Positions 14,066 through 26,300 of a stretch of 64,000 nt of DNA are shown here, one piece after another. The stretch is from the NCBI GenBank assembly GCA_051294905.1, contig CM119371.1, positions 620,001 through 684,000 of the forward strand, written 5' to 3'. The position numbers and the translations under genes are program-made. Source of the stretch: Botryllus schlosseri (Eukaryota). The stretch's first letter is position 1, and each line of letters opens with the position of its first letter. Under the pieces are notes generated by a model that saw nothing but the letters and a program-made list of their open reading frames with translations, did not search any database and was not told the DNA's origin.

Positions 14066-14430
14066 CTAAAAACCCTCACTTTTAGAAGTGACGATTCTGT
14101 ATCCAATATTTCCTATCTCGTTAGCGATTCGGTAATTTGTATTATCAGTGCTGCCAATTATCGACAATCGACAGTGCATAGTGGTATGCGATCTGGTTAG
14201 TTAGTTGCAGAGCTTTATCAGCCCTGGTTCCAGTTACGCATCTCAAACACCCAGCAGTTTGTAGGAGTCTGTTGCTATATATTATTTAGGAAGTGGGTAG
14301 AGTTTTATCTTCATTGGCCGAATGATTATGATCAAGTGTTGTAAAGGAAAAATGATACCATGAAATGAAACAGAAAACGAGAAAAGGTAATGTCAAAGTC
14401 ACAAAATGTCAGCTTTGCTTGCAGTTTTAC

Positions 14431-14648
14431 CTGTTTTCCAATGAAATTCAACTATGGGCCTCTTGATCGGTACGAAGATGCCAGGATTGTCATCAAAACT
14501 TTTCGAAGCTTTTAAAGCGTGCTCGTGCTTGGTGATGTTAATGAATGCGTATCAGAGCGGTCTTCCGACTCCATCTTTGTTGAAAGTCGCCTCGAGAATC
14601 CACGTTAACTGCAGCATGTCGATCTTTGAATTGGGACAGGAGAAGCTT
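14431..14648 (-). pseudogene. RBM28: RBM28-like RRM4 exon
   Basis: ttttcag|KLLLSQF...[46 protein letters not shown]|gt vs RBM28 [44 protein letters not shown]. Confidence 0.9.
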
Positions 14649-16214
14649 CTGAAAACATAATGGAATCACTATATCGAAGTACTCCTCAGAGTAAACGAGT
14701 TAGTCACACAAAACGGCCAAAGACAAAATATGGAACAGCGCTTCTCTACCTTATCAGCTTGTGGAACGGTAAAATTTCCAAAAATCAAGGTCAAGACAGA
14801 ATGTAATGACGACAACAGCAGACAATTTGAAACCAAGAATCTTAACATTAATCAAATGAGAAATTTGCTACTGTCCGTTTGATATCACAGCTGTTATATC
14901 AGGTCTCATTAAATACTGTGAGAGACGGGATAAAACCAACAACTCACTTTTGACCATTTGGTGTATCTTAGAAGAAACGTGACCAAATGTTTGCCAGATA
15001 TATAATACTCTCAAACGTAGCTAATTTGATATTTTAGAATGTCCTCAAATTTCGGAAAGTATTTATGACTCATGACTGGTCTTTAACGAGTTGTAGGCTA
15101 CTTTCAAACATGGTACAGCACTTGAAGCATTTTTCGCTGAAGACTTCCAGGTTAGCATAAGGTATCGCCAGGTTAGAAAAGGTTAAGAACCACTGCTCTA
15201 GTCATTTAGTACACTATCTTGATGATAGCACTTCATAGAACACACACATATTTCAGCAGAGAGTTGTATGCAGTGATAATCAGTTTAACAATAGACTTGT
15301 GTGATAGCTATGAATGGAATTGTTTACATGACGGATCGAATATTCTCAACCGATGCTACTTGTTCTAGGTTCTTATTCCAGGACAGTGGTTCTTATCCTT
15401 TACTAACCCGGTGAACCGTTACATTAATCTGAACGCATTTGGAGAACCCCATATTTTCGGCAAGTCACTAATAAGCTACCAGGTAACACATCTAATACAC
15501 TACCGTACTATAGAATACGGGTCCACTGAATCAACTTTGCATTACCATCACTGTTGAAGGAAAAAAATCATATAACATGATGATCACACAATATATATTA
15601 CAGTAAGTGATTGAGACTTCTGCTGTATGAGTCTTGTTCAGAATGACTTGGACAACTAAATAATTCTGGTTGTTTGATTTCACTAATCATAGGAAAATGT
15701 CGGTAATATAATTCTAACATAATTAGTGAAATTTTTCTTTGCTCTAATTCTAATCCGATTTTTTAATTCTAATCTATTTTCTGGTTCATTTAGAATTGCT
15801 ACAGGAGAACTGTACCGTGCAAAACGAGTCGAGCATAGTGTACAGACATTTAGTCAGCATGCTTTGAAAATAAGGTCTGATATGATATGAACTGGACTTT
15901 GTTCCATGTCCATGCTTTTGCAAATTGAGTAATTCTAATTACAATCTAATTCGGTAAAACTGTGTAACCATGTCACTTGAAGTCTGGTCTAATTTGAAAA
16001 AAAAAATGGTCCAGTTATAATTTGAATTCTAGTCTAATTTGGAGAAGAAAAAAAATGTGCAGCTATAACTTTAATTCTAATCTAATTTCGAAAACCTGTG
16101 TAGTTGTCCAAGTCTGACTCATAAAACCCCTGGGGTAATCGTATGAGCCCCGGTTAGTGGGCACTGCTCAAAGGTAAAATACAAAGCATGCTAAAATTTG
16201 TGATTCTGACACAC

Positions 16215-16372
16215 CTTCAACTTTTTACCGTTCACACTTCTAGGAAGATTGTCAAAATAAAGTCAAGTTGCTGAGAGACATTAGGATTTTTTCTGTTTGG
16301 CCCGTTTGGCATTGTTGACCTTTTCACGTTTCTTCCATTCTATTGCGTTTAGACCTTTCGCGGCTCGCGTTC
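16215..16372 (-). pseudogene. RBM28: RBM28-like exon (linker and RRM4 start)
   Basis: gtag|(G)TRAAKGLNAIEWKKREK...DNLPRSVNGKKLK|gt vs RBM28 GTKAAEGVSAADMAKRE...HNLPKAVDDKQLR. Splice phases fit the neighbouring exons. Confidence 0.85.
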
Positions 16373-17269
16373 CTACACAAAAAAACCACAGCCGGTCAGT
16401 GTAGTCAGCATTGCAATTTACTACAAGTGTTAATCGGATGTGGCTACTTTCGATGTAGATTCTCGATTAGAGCAAAATGATTCACACAATACACAGGATG
16501 AATCTTGGAAACCATTTTCAACTATAACGACACAGGGGACTGTAATTCAGTAAAATAAGTGTTGTAACTTATCTCAAAACTACTCTGTACTTTTCAAAAT
16601 CAAAATGCAATAGTAAGTACCGTAGTTTGGTCGTGAAGTAGAAATGGAAGTAGTCTTAACATAGCCAATTTAATTAGTTACCGGAATACTAAGCAAAACA
16701 TACTAAACAGTTTTAGGAATCAAAATGGAGTCAAATGCCATCCAAGCGGAAGCAGTAATCTTCACAGCAAACAAAAACTCTATGTTGAGTGAAAATGAGC
16801 TTTCAAAGTTGGTATATAATAGTTGCAAAAATTAGGTAAAATACGGTAGTTGAGAATCACTGGGTGATATGAACTCAAACGGGAACTGTACTGCTCGGAT
16901 ACTATGATGATTAATTATGATAAAAATGTACGGGAATGGGTCTTTGATAAAAATGTGTTACATGATACCATGCCATACACTGCAGGTCCGTCAGATAAAA
17001 TACAATTTTATGCATCGATACGCTAGTGCAGTGCTTTTCAACCTTTTCGAAAACCATCAGCACTTTTTCTGCAAGATAAATTTCCTGGCAACAAACCAAC
17101 CGAAAATTGTTATACAAAAAGAAAAAGTAGATACTTAACAAGATTTTGTTTATATGTGCAAGAAGTAGGCGACTGGTTCAGGCAAATAAATGTCTCATTA
17201 AAAAAGCCACTCTATTCCGTAGTTTTGATTTCAACTATACTGCACTAAACCCTTTTCGGCGAAATAAGT

Positions 17270-18335
17270 GTTCAGTTTTGTACAAGAACTTCTAGTGCTT
17301 GGATATCCAGGTGTTTATAAGAACCATCCCGCACTCCTATCCAGTATACAGCGTCTTTCCCTTGTGCAAAAAAAGGTTTCCGACAAAGGTCTCACAACCT
17401 CCAGTTCGTCGAATGTCTGCAAAACCCGCATGTCTGTTTCAATGCTTCTGACATATGACTTGTAAAGTAAGCTCTAAAACTAACACGAAGAATAAGCCCA
17501 TATGAGCTGGATACCTTGTGATACGCTGATAAACAGTGACCTTGGATGCATAAAAACAACCTGCAAGAAATTCCACAAATTTTACCTGCATATTATCAGA
17601 CCAGTTAGGTGGCGTTGAGACTCAAAATTATACCATTTGCAACCCATACTTTGAGGAGCCGTGACCGGGACGGAATTTGCTTTAACTTGCAAGTGTGAGT
17701 CTGTGATGATGGTATGTATTACTATCATCGTGCCTCGTGCTAATCGAACCATTTTTACGAAAATATGATGATTTCCCAGAGAAATAAAGCAGACAGTCAT
17801 TTTTAAGTCATTAATCCCGCGTGTTGCAAGCTCAGACTCTGCTGATGTACTGTAGACTATACATGCCACTACACCCGGTTTTGTACCAGACTTTTACTAT
17901 GTAATAAATACAGCGCACAAACAGTAATTCACTACGGCTGGCGTGAGACAAAGTTATTGTAAAAGATACGAATAGGTCAAACACGTGTTTGCATTTACGT
18001 TTCAACGACCAAGGTTATGGAGCCATCGCACTCGAATTTCCTATCAGGTTTATTTGAATTATTCCACGCCACAACAAGTACGGTGACAATTATTCACTAT
18101 TTTAATTCGCATTCATCTGCACCACGTCTCTCATCCGCACTGCAAATTTTCCATCCGCACAAATGCGTACCATCCCACAGGTTAAAAGGCACTGCGCTAG
18201 TTCATTTGGTGGAGAACATCAAACTTTTGAATCGATTTATAAATTCGTAATGTATTTATCTGTGTCTTGTCATATCAGATTTCCTGCCCTACTTTGGTCT
18301 TGGCATACATCACAATTCACAATAATGTAATTGCT
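17270..18335 (-). pseudogene. Probable decayed sushi (CCP) and C-type-lectin-like exons (paralog ~58650-59740)
   Basis: Three exon-like blocks with fragments NLIGNSSA, TCKLKQIP, VTAPQ, YNFGSS (copy 2) and GHCL...FWIGVRD (copy 2 ORF 58670-58957). Many frameshifts. Confidence 0.35.
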
Positions 18336-18758
18336 GGACCAAACTTTTTAAAAGTAACCTACCTTTCAGCTACTTGAAGAATATTTATATGTGATTGTGT
18401 AACCAAAGAAGGCTTGTAAACCAAATTCGTTACATAATGACTCTACCTTTTGCAGAGATCTGTGAGTATGATTGAGTCAGGAGTCTGGAGTCTAGCCCAC
18501 ACCAAAGTTGGTGCCTTTTGAAAAGAAATCCAAGAATCCGAATCAAGTTAGTGCTTTTTAATAGAGCCACATACAACGAGTGTGATATCAAAAAGGCACT
18601 AGCAACTGTCTAATTGAAATGAGCCTCTGATATTTGCTTTCAAGTTGCACACTTGCCTTAAATACGTTTTAGGTTAATTTTGAATTTTGATGACTGGTCT
18701 AGAGTAGGGCAGCACCACAATACTGAAAAGCTTGTGTTGGATATTGGCCCTCGTGTAC

Positions 18759-18908
18759 CAGGTCGAACGAGACATTACCTGCCGCGATACGAATTCCTAT
18801 CGTTCTAAATTTCATGATTTCGAATCTACTGTTGACTGAGAATCCTTTTCATATCAGTACTGCTCACTGCTTGATACGTTTGAATCTCTTTCGCGTTCAG
18901 GATGGTGC
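18759..18908 (-). pseudogene. RBM28: RBM28-like linker exon, second more decayed copy
   Basis: ILNAKEIQTYQAVS...RNSYRGR*CLVRP(G)|gt; the flanks are also paralogous to those of 13021-13165. Confidence 0.75.
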
Positions 18909-20663
18909 CTGAAATGGCAGCCATAGATTTATTTACAGACACACTTGTACAAACTACCAATCTAGTTAGTTGGCAATCAACATGACGATATTGAAAAATC
19001 ATTACGGTAGTTTTCTGAAAAAAAAAGATACAGGCAAAGAATAGCTACGGCGAAAACTAATTAGAGGATAATCTTGCAAGGCTTCTATGAGGGAAATTGG
19101 CATGACAACAAGGAAAACAACCGGCATCACCGATACCAACCTTATTTTTGAAAGTTGGATAGTCTGTCATTTCATTTCACATTTCTCGCGGAGATGTATC
19201 TGTAATTGAGAAAATTACTTCTACTAATTATAAGTGACACCTCTACCAAATCTACTTTTTTAAACTACTCAATCAAGTAATTTTAAGACGTTTCCATTTC
19301 TACTTCCACTCCACAATAACTACTATGACTTTACGATGTAAGTAAGGCGACAGCGGCTTGGCAATCGATTTCCCTGCGCGGGGGATATTCTTGTTACCTC
19401 GTCGCAAAATGCCTCGGACAAACAGGTATTTTCAGGAGAACAATAAATTAGATTAGAATAAAAATGAGAGCATATGAACATTTCACAAATTAGATTATAA
19501 TTAGAACTGAAGATCATTTCACAAATTAGATCAGAATTAGATTACTTGAATTTCACTCAAATTTACTGGCACTGTAAATCATAATGACTTCTGTTGTATG
19601 AGTCGGGTGTGACCTAGCCTAACGTGAACCCTGAGACTGGCTCAGCATGGCTTGGACAAATAGATATTTCTAGTTGTCTAATTACACTGATTACAGCAAA
19701 ATGTCTGAAATTTCATTCTAATATAGTTTGTTAAATGTTTCATTGCTCGAACTATAATTCTGATCCAATTTCTTTTTTTTTGGAAAATGCTACTAGAGAA
19801 CTGTACGTGCAAAACGAGTCAAGGTTGGTGTAGAGACATTTGTCATTCCTATGTTTATGAGAATGTGGTCTGACCCGATATGAATTGAACTTGATTACAT
19901 GCTCAAGTTTTTGCGAATTCAGTAATTCTAATTCCAGTATAATTTGTTGAAACTGTATAGTAGGGTTGTCCAAAATTTGAAAAATTTCGAAAATGCTGCG
20001 TTGTAATGTCTTATTCTATAGATTATTGATTAAAAACATCAACAAGCCTGAAAGAAGCTCTCAGGAACGTCGTTAAGATTTCTTACAAAGCGTTTGAAAG
20101 TAGCCGTCTGCATGTGGGCGGGGAATCGATGAAGTGGGCGGGCAATCACGAACCTAGAATTTTGATTGGTTGGAACCTGTAATAATAAGCTACTGATTGG
20201 CTGAAATACTGATTTTGTGATCATTGCTGGTCACGATTTCGTTCTACTCTGTTGTGTTGGTTTGCAGCCATTTCTGTTCGTGGCATTGGCGATATGGTAA
20301 ATTGACGTTGTTAATGCTGCCATCGACAACAGCATAACGATCCAGTAATATATTTTCTACCTGAACACTGTGTATAACAGTTTTGTTACTTCTTGCACAG
20401 GAGCTTGGCCAATTAAGATAAGAATGAACTAGATGCATGCATCGTGCTACCTTCGAGCCTTCTAAAACATACCAGTTGACAACGACTGTAACTCATAAAT
20501 TGCAAACCAGTAGTCAATTTCTCCTTATGGCTTGTTATGGTAAGTCGACGTCTCTCTCTAAAACGATCGCATATTACACTTTTTATTCAAGATTTAACAA
20601 AGGCAAAAATGCTATTTACAAAAGGCATCATTAAAAAGTATATCGCAGGGTCAGTGTTGCAGA

Positions 20664-22986
20664 TCACTGGCCTTTGATAAGAGTAGACTTCCTGCTGTCT
20701 CCAAAAATCTTCCTATGCTGTTCCACAGCTTGAAGCAAACTGTCTCTTTGCTGTTCATTGTCAGTCAAGATTGCAGCATAGTCTGTGCTTAGCTTGACAC
20801 CTCTTTCTGCGGCATCATTAACGACTTTGACAGAACTAACGTAGCAATTCATTTTATTGAATGAATCTGAAAAGTGCCAATCATCAACCGGTTGACGCAG
20901 CCAATCCCCAGAACATTCAAAAACTTCAAATATGTACCACGACTGGGGCCCAATAAGGTCAGACAACTGTCCTTGTTGATCTGTATAGTTGCATTCAATG
21001 AGGGTGGGCCCCTTCTGAAACTGGAAGTTCGCTCTACTTGCAGGAGCGCCTTTGCCATATTTTCCCGGGTTTCCTTGCTTTCCGTCGGTGAAAACAAGGC
21101 GTATACAGCGGTTTCCTCAACAATATACCAGTCGTGCTTCAAAAGCTTTCGTGAAGCAGCTGTGGAAACTTGCTCATCATATTCCTTATAACTCAACATG
21201 TGCTGAACGAATCTCAAGTCATTACCAGCTGCATCACGACCAATGCTTGAATCTACCCACGCAGGGATATAAAAGAGAACCAAAAATAAATTGAAGCGGC
21301 GCAGCAGTTCAACTTCTTCAGATTTGTAATCTAATTGGTCGGCCCACATGAACATCTTTTGAGCATACAGAATTGTACCCATCCATCTCGCATGGTGTGC
21401 TGCACCAGGTTTGTGATGACGTATATCTTCATCTGCACCGAGAAGAGCAAGAGCATTAGTCACACATTGCTTGTAGTCATCCCGTGTGAAAAAATCTTTT
21501 CTGTTCAACAGTAGCTTGAACTTATCAACTATCATTGCAGCTCGTTCAGCAAAACATAGAGGAATAGTCAGAGTCTTGAATTGCTGTTCCCTGTCAAGAC
21601 TGCTCCAGTTCCTTTTAAGGTGGGCAAACCATGCATTCTCTGGTCCAGTTGTGGCCTTTCCAAATAAAGATTTCCAAACGTCTTTCACTACCAGCTCATA
21701 CACATGGTGCCGACATGCATGGTAGAACACCTTCCTTCCTAGAAGGTCTTCAAGAATCTTTGCCGCACCCTTCTTCCAGCCGCTGTTGCTTGCTGTAGTG
21801 TCAAAAACCAAAGCTGTAACAGCATCTTTTATATTCCAACTTTCAATTATGTTGAAAGTGGTTTCTGCTTGCGTCTGACCTGCAGCATTTTGCATCTTTT
21901 GAATGCCAAGTAGTTTTCCTTCTGAGTATTGAGGATGACAAGATAGGACAATTGACAGAGCCTCATACCGATTTCCTAATCTATCCTCTGTGAGCTTTCC
22001 ATCCAATGAATAGCAACATGTTGAGGTTTATTTTCTGCAAATTTTTCTGAAATATCCTTGGAAATTTCAAGACGATTTGTTTCCCTGGCTCTCTTTGTCG
22101 AAGATCTTGACAGAGAGAACATTGCTATGTCACCGCCACAAGCCGTAATAAATGCTCCGATCAGCATTGTTGCCTTGTTGTCTGTTATTTGCAATCGATC
22201 CAGAGCTTGGGACACATGGGTATTATTCATAATATTTTTAGGTGCCATCAGCTTAATGGCTGTCGAGGTGCCAAGACCAACATCAGCATCATAATCAGAA
22301 CTTGAACTCAAACTATCACCCTCTTTTGAAGATGAAGAAGATGCTAAAACAACATAGTCATCACTTGAGTCATGTTGAATGTTTTTAACAGTTCTATCCG
22401 CCATGGTTGCTGTTTTCTTTTCGATGTCTTTAGCGAGAATCTTGTCTCTTCCAAACATTATGCATTTGCGAGATTGCTGTTGATCTTCATAGAATGCAAT
22501 GTCTTCGAGCTTTCTATCACGTGATAGATAAATGTCATTTTGTATTATTGCTATCGCATCTGTACTTCCAATATCCCACAACTTGTCCAAATCTTCCGTG
22601 AATTTTTTCCTCTTACCCTTGGGATCACTTTCCCGTTTCATGGTCGCCTTCAGAAAAATATATTTTTTGTTCAGTTTTTCAAGTAATTTCACCGCATTTC
22701 CTTCAAGTATTGTGGCAATTCTCGCCATTTGCCACACTGTCATGACATCATGAACCACCACATTACATAGCTCACGAGTAGGGGTTGACTGAGGGCAATG
22801 GTCTTTCAGATGCAGAAAGTAACTCATTACCTCTCGCAAGGTTGGTAATCTCGAGCCACAGATGTAATCGCAAGCATATCCGACCAAGTAATGCTCAGAT
22901 CGAGATCTTGTTCTTCTCTGTGGCAAGTGCACAGTCTTCCGCCGTTTTACCTCTGCCATGACAGTAATATTTTTGCCTTCTATCAT
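20664..22986 (-). pseudogene. hATm-type transposase, ~770 aa, split by two frameshifts (~22006, ~20968)
   Basis: Three overlapping ORFs join into HW/DGKL, FDTTASNSG, ACRHHVYEL, PGAAHHARWM and VVNDAAERGVKL motifs. Confidence 0.88.
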
Positions 22987-23018
22987 AAATTACAGCTACG
23001 CCTAAAACATTTAAGTAA

Positions 23019-23360
23019 CAAGTGTTACATTACGACTATTAACTCACCAACCCACAATGCCCTTGTACATAACCACAACCACTACTAACAAAATCGACCT
23101 CATCAGAACAGAAAATGCTGCTGCAACTAAAACATTGAGCAAGGAACAAGTGTTGCATTACAACTATTGATGCATCAACCCACAATGCGCTTTACAAATT
23201 CCCGTCTCTACTAACAGACTCGACCTCCGCAAAACAGAAACTACTGCTACAACTGATACATTCGAAGAACCACTGTTACATTACTACTATTGACTCATCA
23301 AACCACAACACGCTTTTACAGTATTACAGCCGTCACCAACAGACTCAGCAGCAGCAAAAC
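23019..23360. repeat. About three diverged ~125-bp tandem units upstream of the transposase
   Basis: Unit starts CA(AG/C)TGTT(A/G)CATTAC..CTATT at ~23019, ~23147 and ~23271. Confidence 0.75.
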
Positions 23361-26300
23361 CTACTCCTTCTGTCAAACACGGTGAAGCACCCAAATCAGA
23401 GCTGACAGCCGCCGTCATCATTGAAGCATAACCGATTACCCAATCAAGAATCGTGGTTTCGTCATTGCCCGCCTAGTTGCAATTTCGCCGTCGGTGGCCC
23501 GCCCACTCTTTGGCAGCTACTTTCAAACGCTTTGTAAGAAATCTTAACGACGTTCCTGAGAGCTTCTTTCAGGCTTGTTGATGTTTTTAATCAATAATCT
23601 ATAGAATAAGACATTACAACGCAGCATTTTCGAAATTTTTCAAATTTTGGACAACCCTAATATACACATGTAGCCTTTGGCACCTGTGGGTCTTGGCCCA
23701 TTCTTCAAGAATCCCTGATCTAGCGGTACCTGTAGGTTCATAACACAACGACATGAAGCTGTGCGGTTACCAAGTTCAATGTTTGTCCCTGAGACACTGT
23801 GCTATCCTTTAATTTGTCGATATTTATATAGACCTGGTAAAATTTAAAGCTGAGCGATTGTCCCTACCAAACAATCGATCATGTAGGGTATGTACAATAG
23901 GACTGGTCAATAATTACTTTTTTTCTAATTTCACAGGCTAGGCCTATACTTGATGAAATTTTTAGCTTAGCTTTACCGTCTGCTGTGTAACCTCGACAAC
24001 AAACTAAACTTCAAATCGGTAAATTCTGTCCATGCTACTCCTATACCACTACCCTTACGTCAGGACTATCAGTCAGTATACACTGTAGCCCGAGTCTGAC
24101 GAGACGCATCAACGGAAACCAGATCGGACCCACTTGATCTGCGCATTACAAAAATGCAAAGTTGTAATAATCAAAGCGTGAATTGTCAGAGAAAGCCACT
24201 GAAAAAAAATCGCAACAATTTTCCGCTGTCCAGCAAAAGCAGGGTTGATTTCATCATATGGTTCGTAAATAATCTATCACATATTTCACAAAGTTATTAT
24301 CGAGTTTATAGGCAAAATATATTCGGTTTTGCTATGTATATGTTGAATTTACTTATACTGGCGTCCTATCATCATGTATTTCCTTGACATTACACGAAAG
24401 TAGAGCTTTCAACAGGAGGGTCACGAAGCTGTTTCTGGTGGATCGCGAAGAATTTCTCTGTGCAAGTTTTTTATTGCATTTTTCATATGTATCCAAATAT
24501 TCTCAAGGTTGGACGAGCAAATACACGTTCGCCTATAAATTATACTGCACCACTGGCGCCCCAAGCCACGTCCCTGTGCTGACGATAGTTCGTGAGCCAG
24601 GTTTTCGGGACAGTCATTTAGATTTTAGAGTGAAATACGTTATTGTGTATGCTTGAGACTTGAAATATATTATTTCCTTCAAATCAGTGGTTCTCAACCA
24701 GGGGTTTACGAAGCATTTTCACGGGGTCCGCGAAATCTCTAAATTTGCTCGGCCAATTTGGCATACTTAATGTGATATTCGTAATCAGCAACCCCGAAAA
24801 CCAAAGAAACTACTCCTAAATGTTCTGCGAATTTTTTTTTTTTTCATTCTGCTGACAATTGTGATTAATGAACATCAATCAATATTCGAACAATCGTACC
24901 ACAACCTTTCAACCACGAAACGAGCTCAATCCACAGAATCTAGTTGAACGAAAGTCATTCAGCGAGACCATTTGTTTGCTTTCGTAGATAACAGGGAATC
25001 GTACGGGCTGACGGAATTACATCGAACTTATTTATGTAGCAACTACACACGTGCAGTTGCTCCCGTAATGACCCAGATATGTACCAATTGATCTGCAAGT
25101 TTATTGCTTTTGAGTGAGCACACATTCAATATACATTGAAATATGAGGTAAATTATAGCAAAACAATGATTACAGTAATTATTTCTCAGCAACTATCTAG
25201 GCAATTACCAGATTTTGGGTTAGAACAGGTTTATGTATGTAACGTCGTCGTTGCTATTGATGGGCGAAATTTATAACCGATTCGGAATAGACCCGAATCA
25301 GTTGTGAATCTTGCGATGTCATATAATTCGAATAGGATATAGTTTCTCGAGAAACAGATGGTGAACCATGTGGTCCTAACCAAATCACCGATGTGGGTGC
25401 TCGAAGTTCGCTCTTTGAAAAAAGCAGTTTTTGGTCAATATCCGTGAATAACAATAGCCATAAATAACTAAATAGCTTAACTTGCATACTAGATAAGGAT
25501 TGTTTCCCCTCGAATTCATTTAAATTCATATCAAACGATAATTCCTGTTGCCTCACAGAGGAGACACGCTTGTTTTACAATATTTTGTCACACAAGATCT
25601 CTTTATGGTCGCTAATGCATGTGTCATTGAACTTTTGATCACGAACCCTACATAGTTTTGTGGGCAATTGCGCGTAGCCTACGCCCAATATTTCAGAGGC
25701 CAATAGCCGGAAGGTCATTACATCAAGCGCAACTGTATTTGCGCTATTCCATGTTTACAATTAGAAAACTAATAACACTCACGACGCCATTACCAGAGAT
25801 TTTTTTGGTTTTGTAGTTTCATGACCACCTATTACTTTTTCATGGATCCCGAAAACTAGTTTGCATGCCCCTGTGTGGTCGGTGAGTCCCATTTTCAGAA
25901 CCCTTGGTCTAATGCAATTTTCGTCATTTATTTTTTGGCCCACTTAAAATTTCTGTTCACGAAAAATATTGAAAGGTCGTGATTCGAATAAGCCGTAATG
26001 AAACTTTGACTATAACCCTGGGTAATTTCCCCTCTTAAAAAACTGTATCAGCATGCAAATTAATCGAACTAAAGATTTACCGAGACGTCAAGCGCGGAGT
26101 AAGCCTATTTTAATAATGGTGCTGGTATTGCGGTACCCTCCAATGAGTTATAGATATTTTCTGAGTTCTTCTGACCTGGGATACCCTGCCTGTTGCTTAA
26201 GTGATTTACACCATAACATTTATCTAAAACAAGAATATATCAATATTTCAATCCGCTATTAATCCGTGTTCCGGTAAATTAAAAGCCTAATGCATATTAG

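Larger units (their letters stand above)
2090..18980 (+). repeat. Segmental duplication, copy 1
   Basis: Collinear with 38880-60370: 3460-4060~38960-39500, 6180-11160~42490-46990+53726-53800, 12380-18980~53860-60370. Identity is roughly 90% by eye, with copy-specific insertions and deletions. Confidence 0.95.
19961..23659 (-). mobile_element. hAT superfamily (hATm-like) DNA transposon, 3.7 kb
   Basis: Perfect 144-bp TIRs starting TAGGGTTGTCC (19961-20104, 23516-23659) enclose a transposase. No TSD is present (CTGTATAG vs ATATACAC). Confidence 0.92.
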
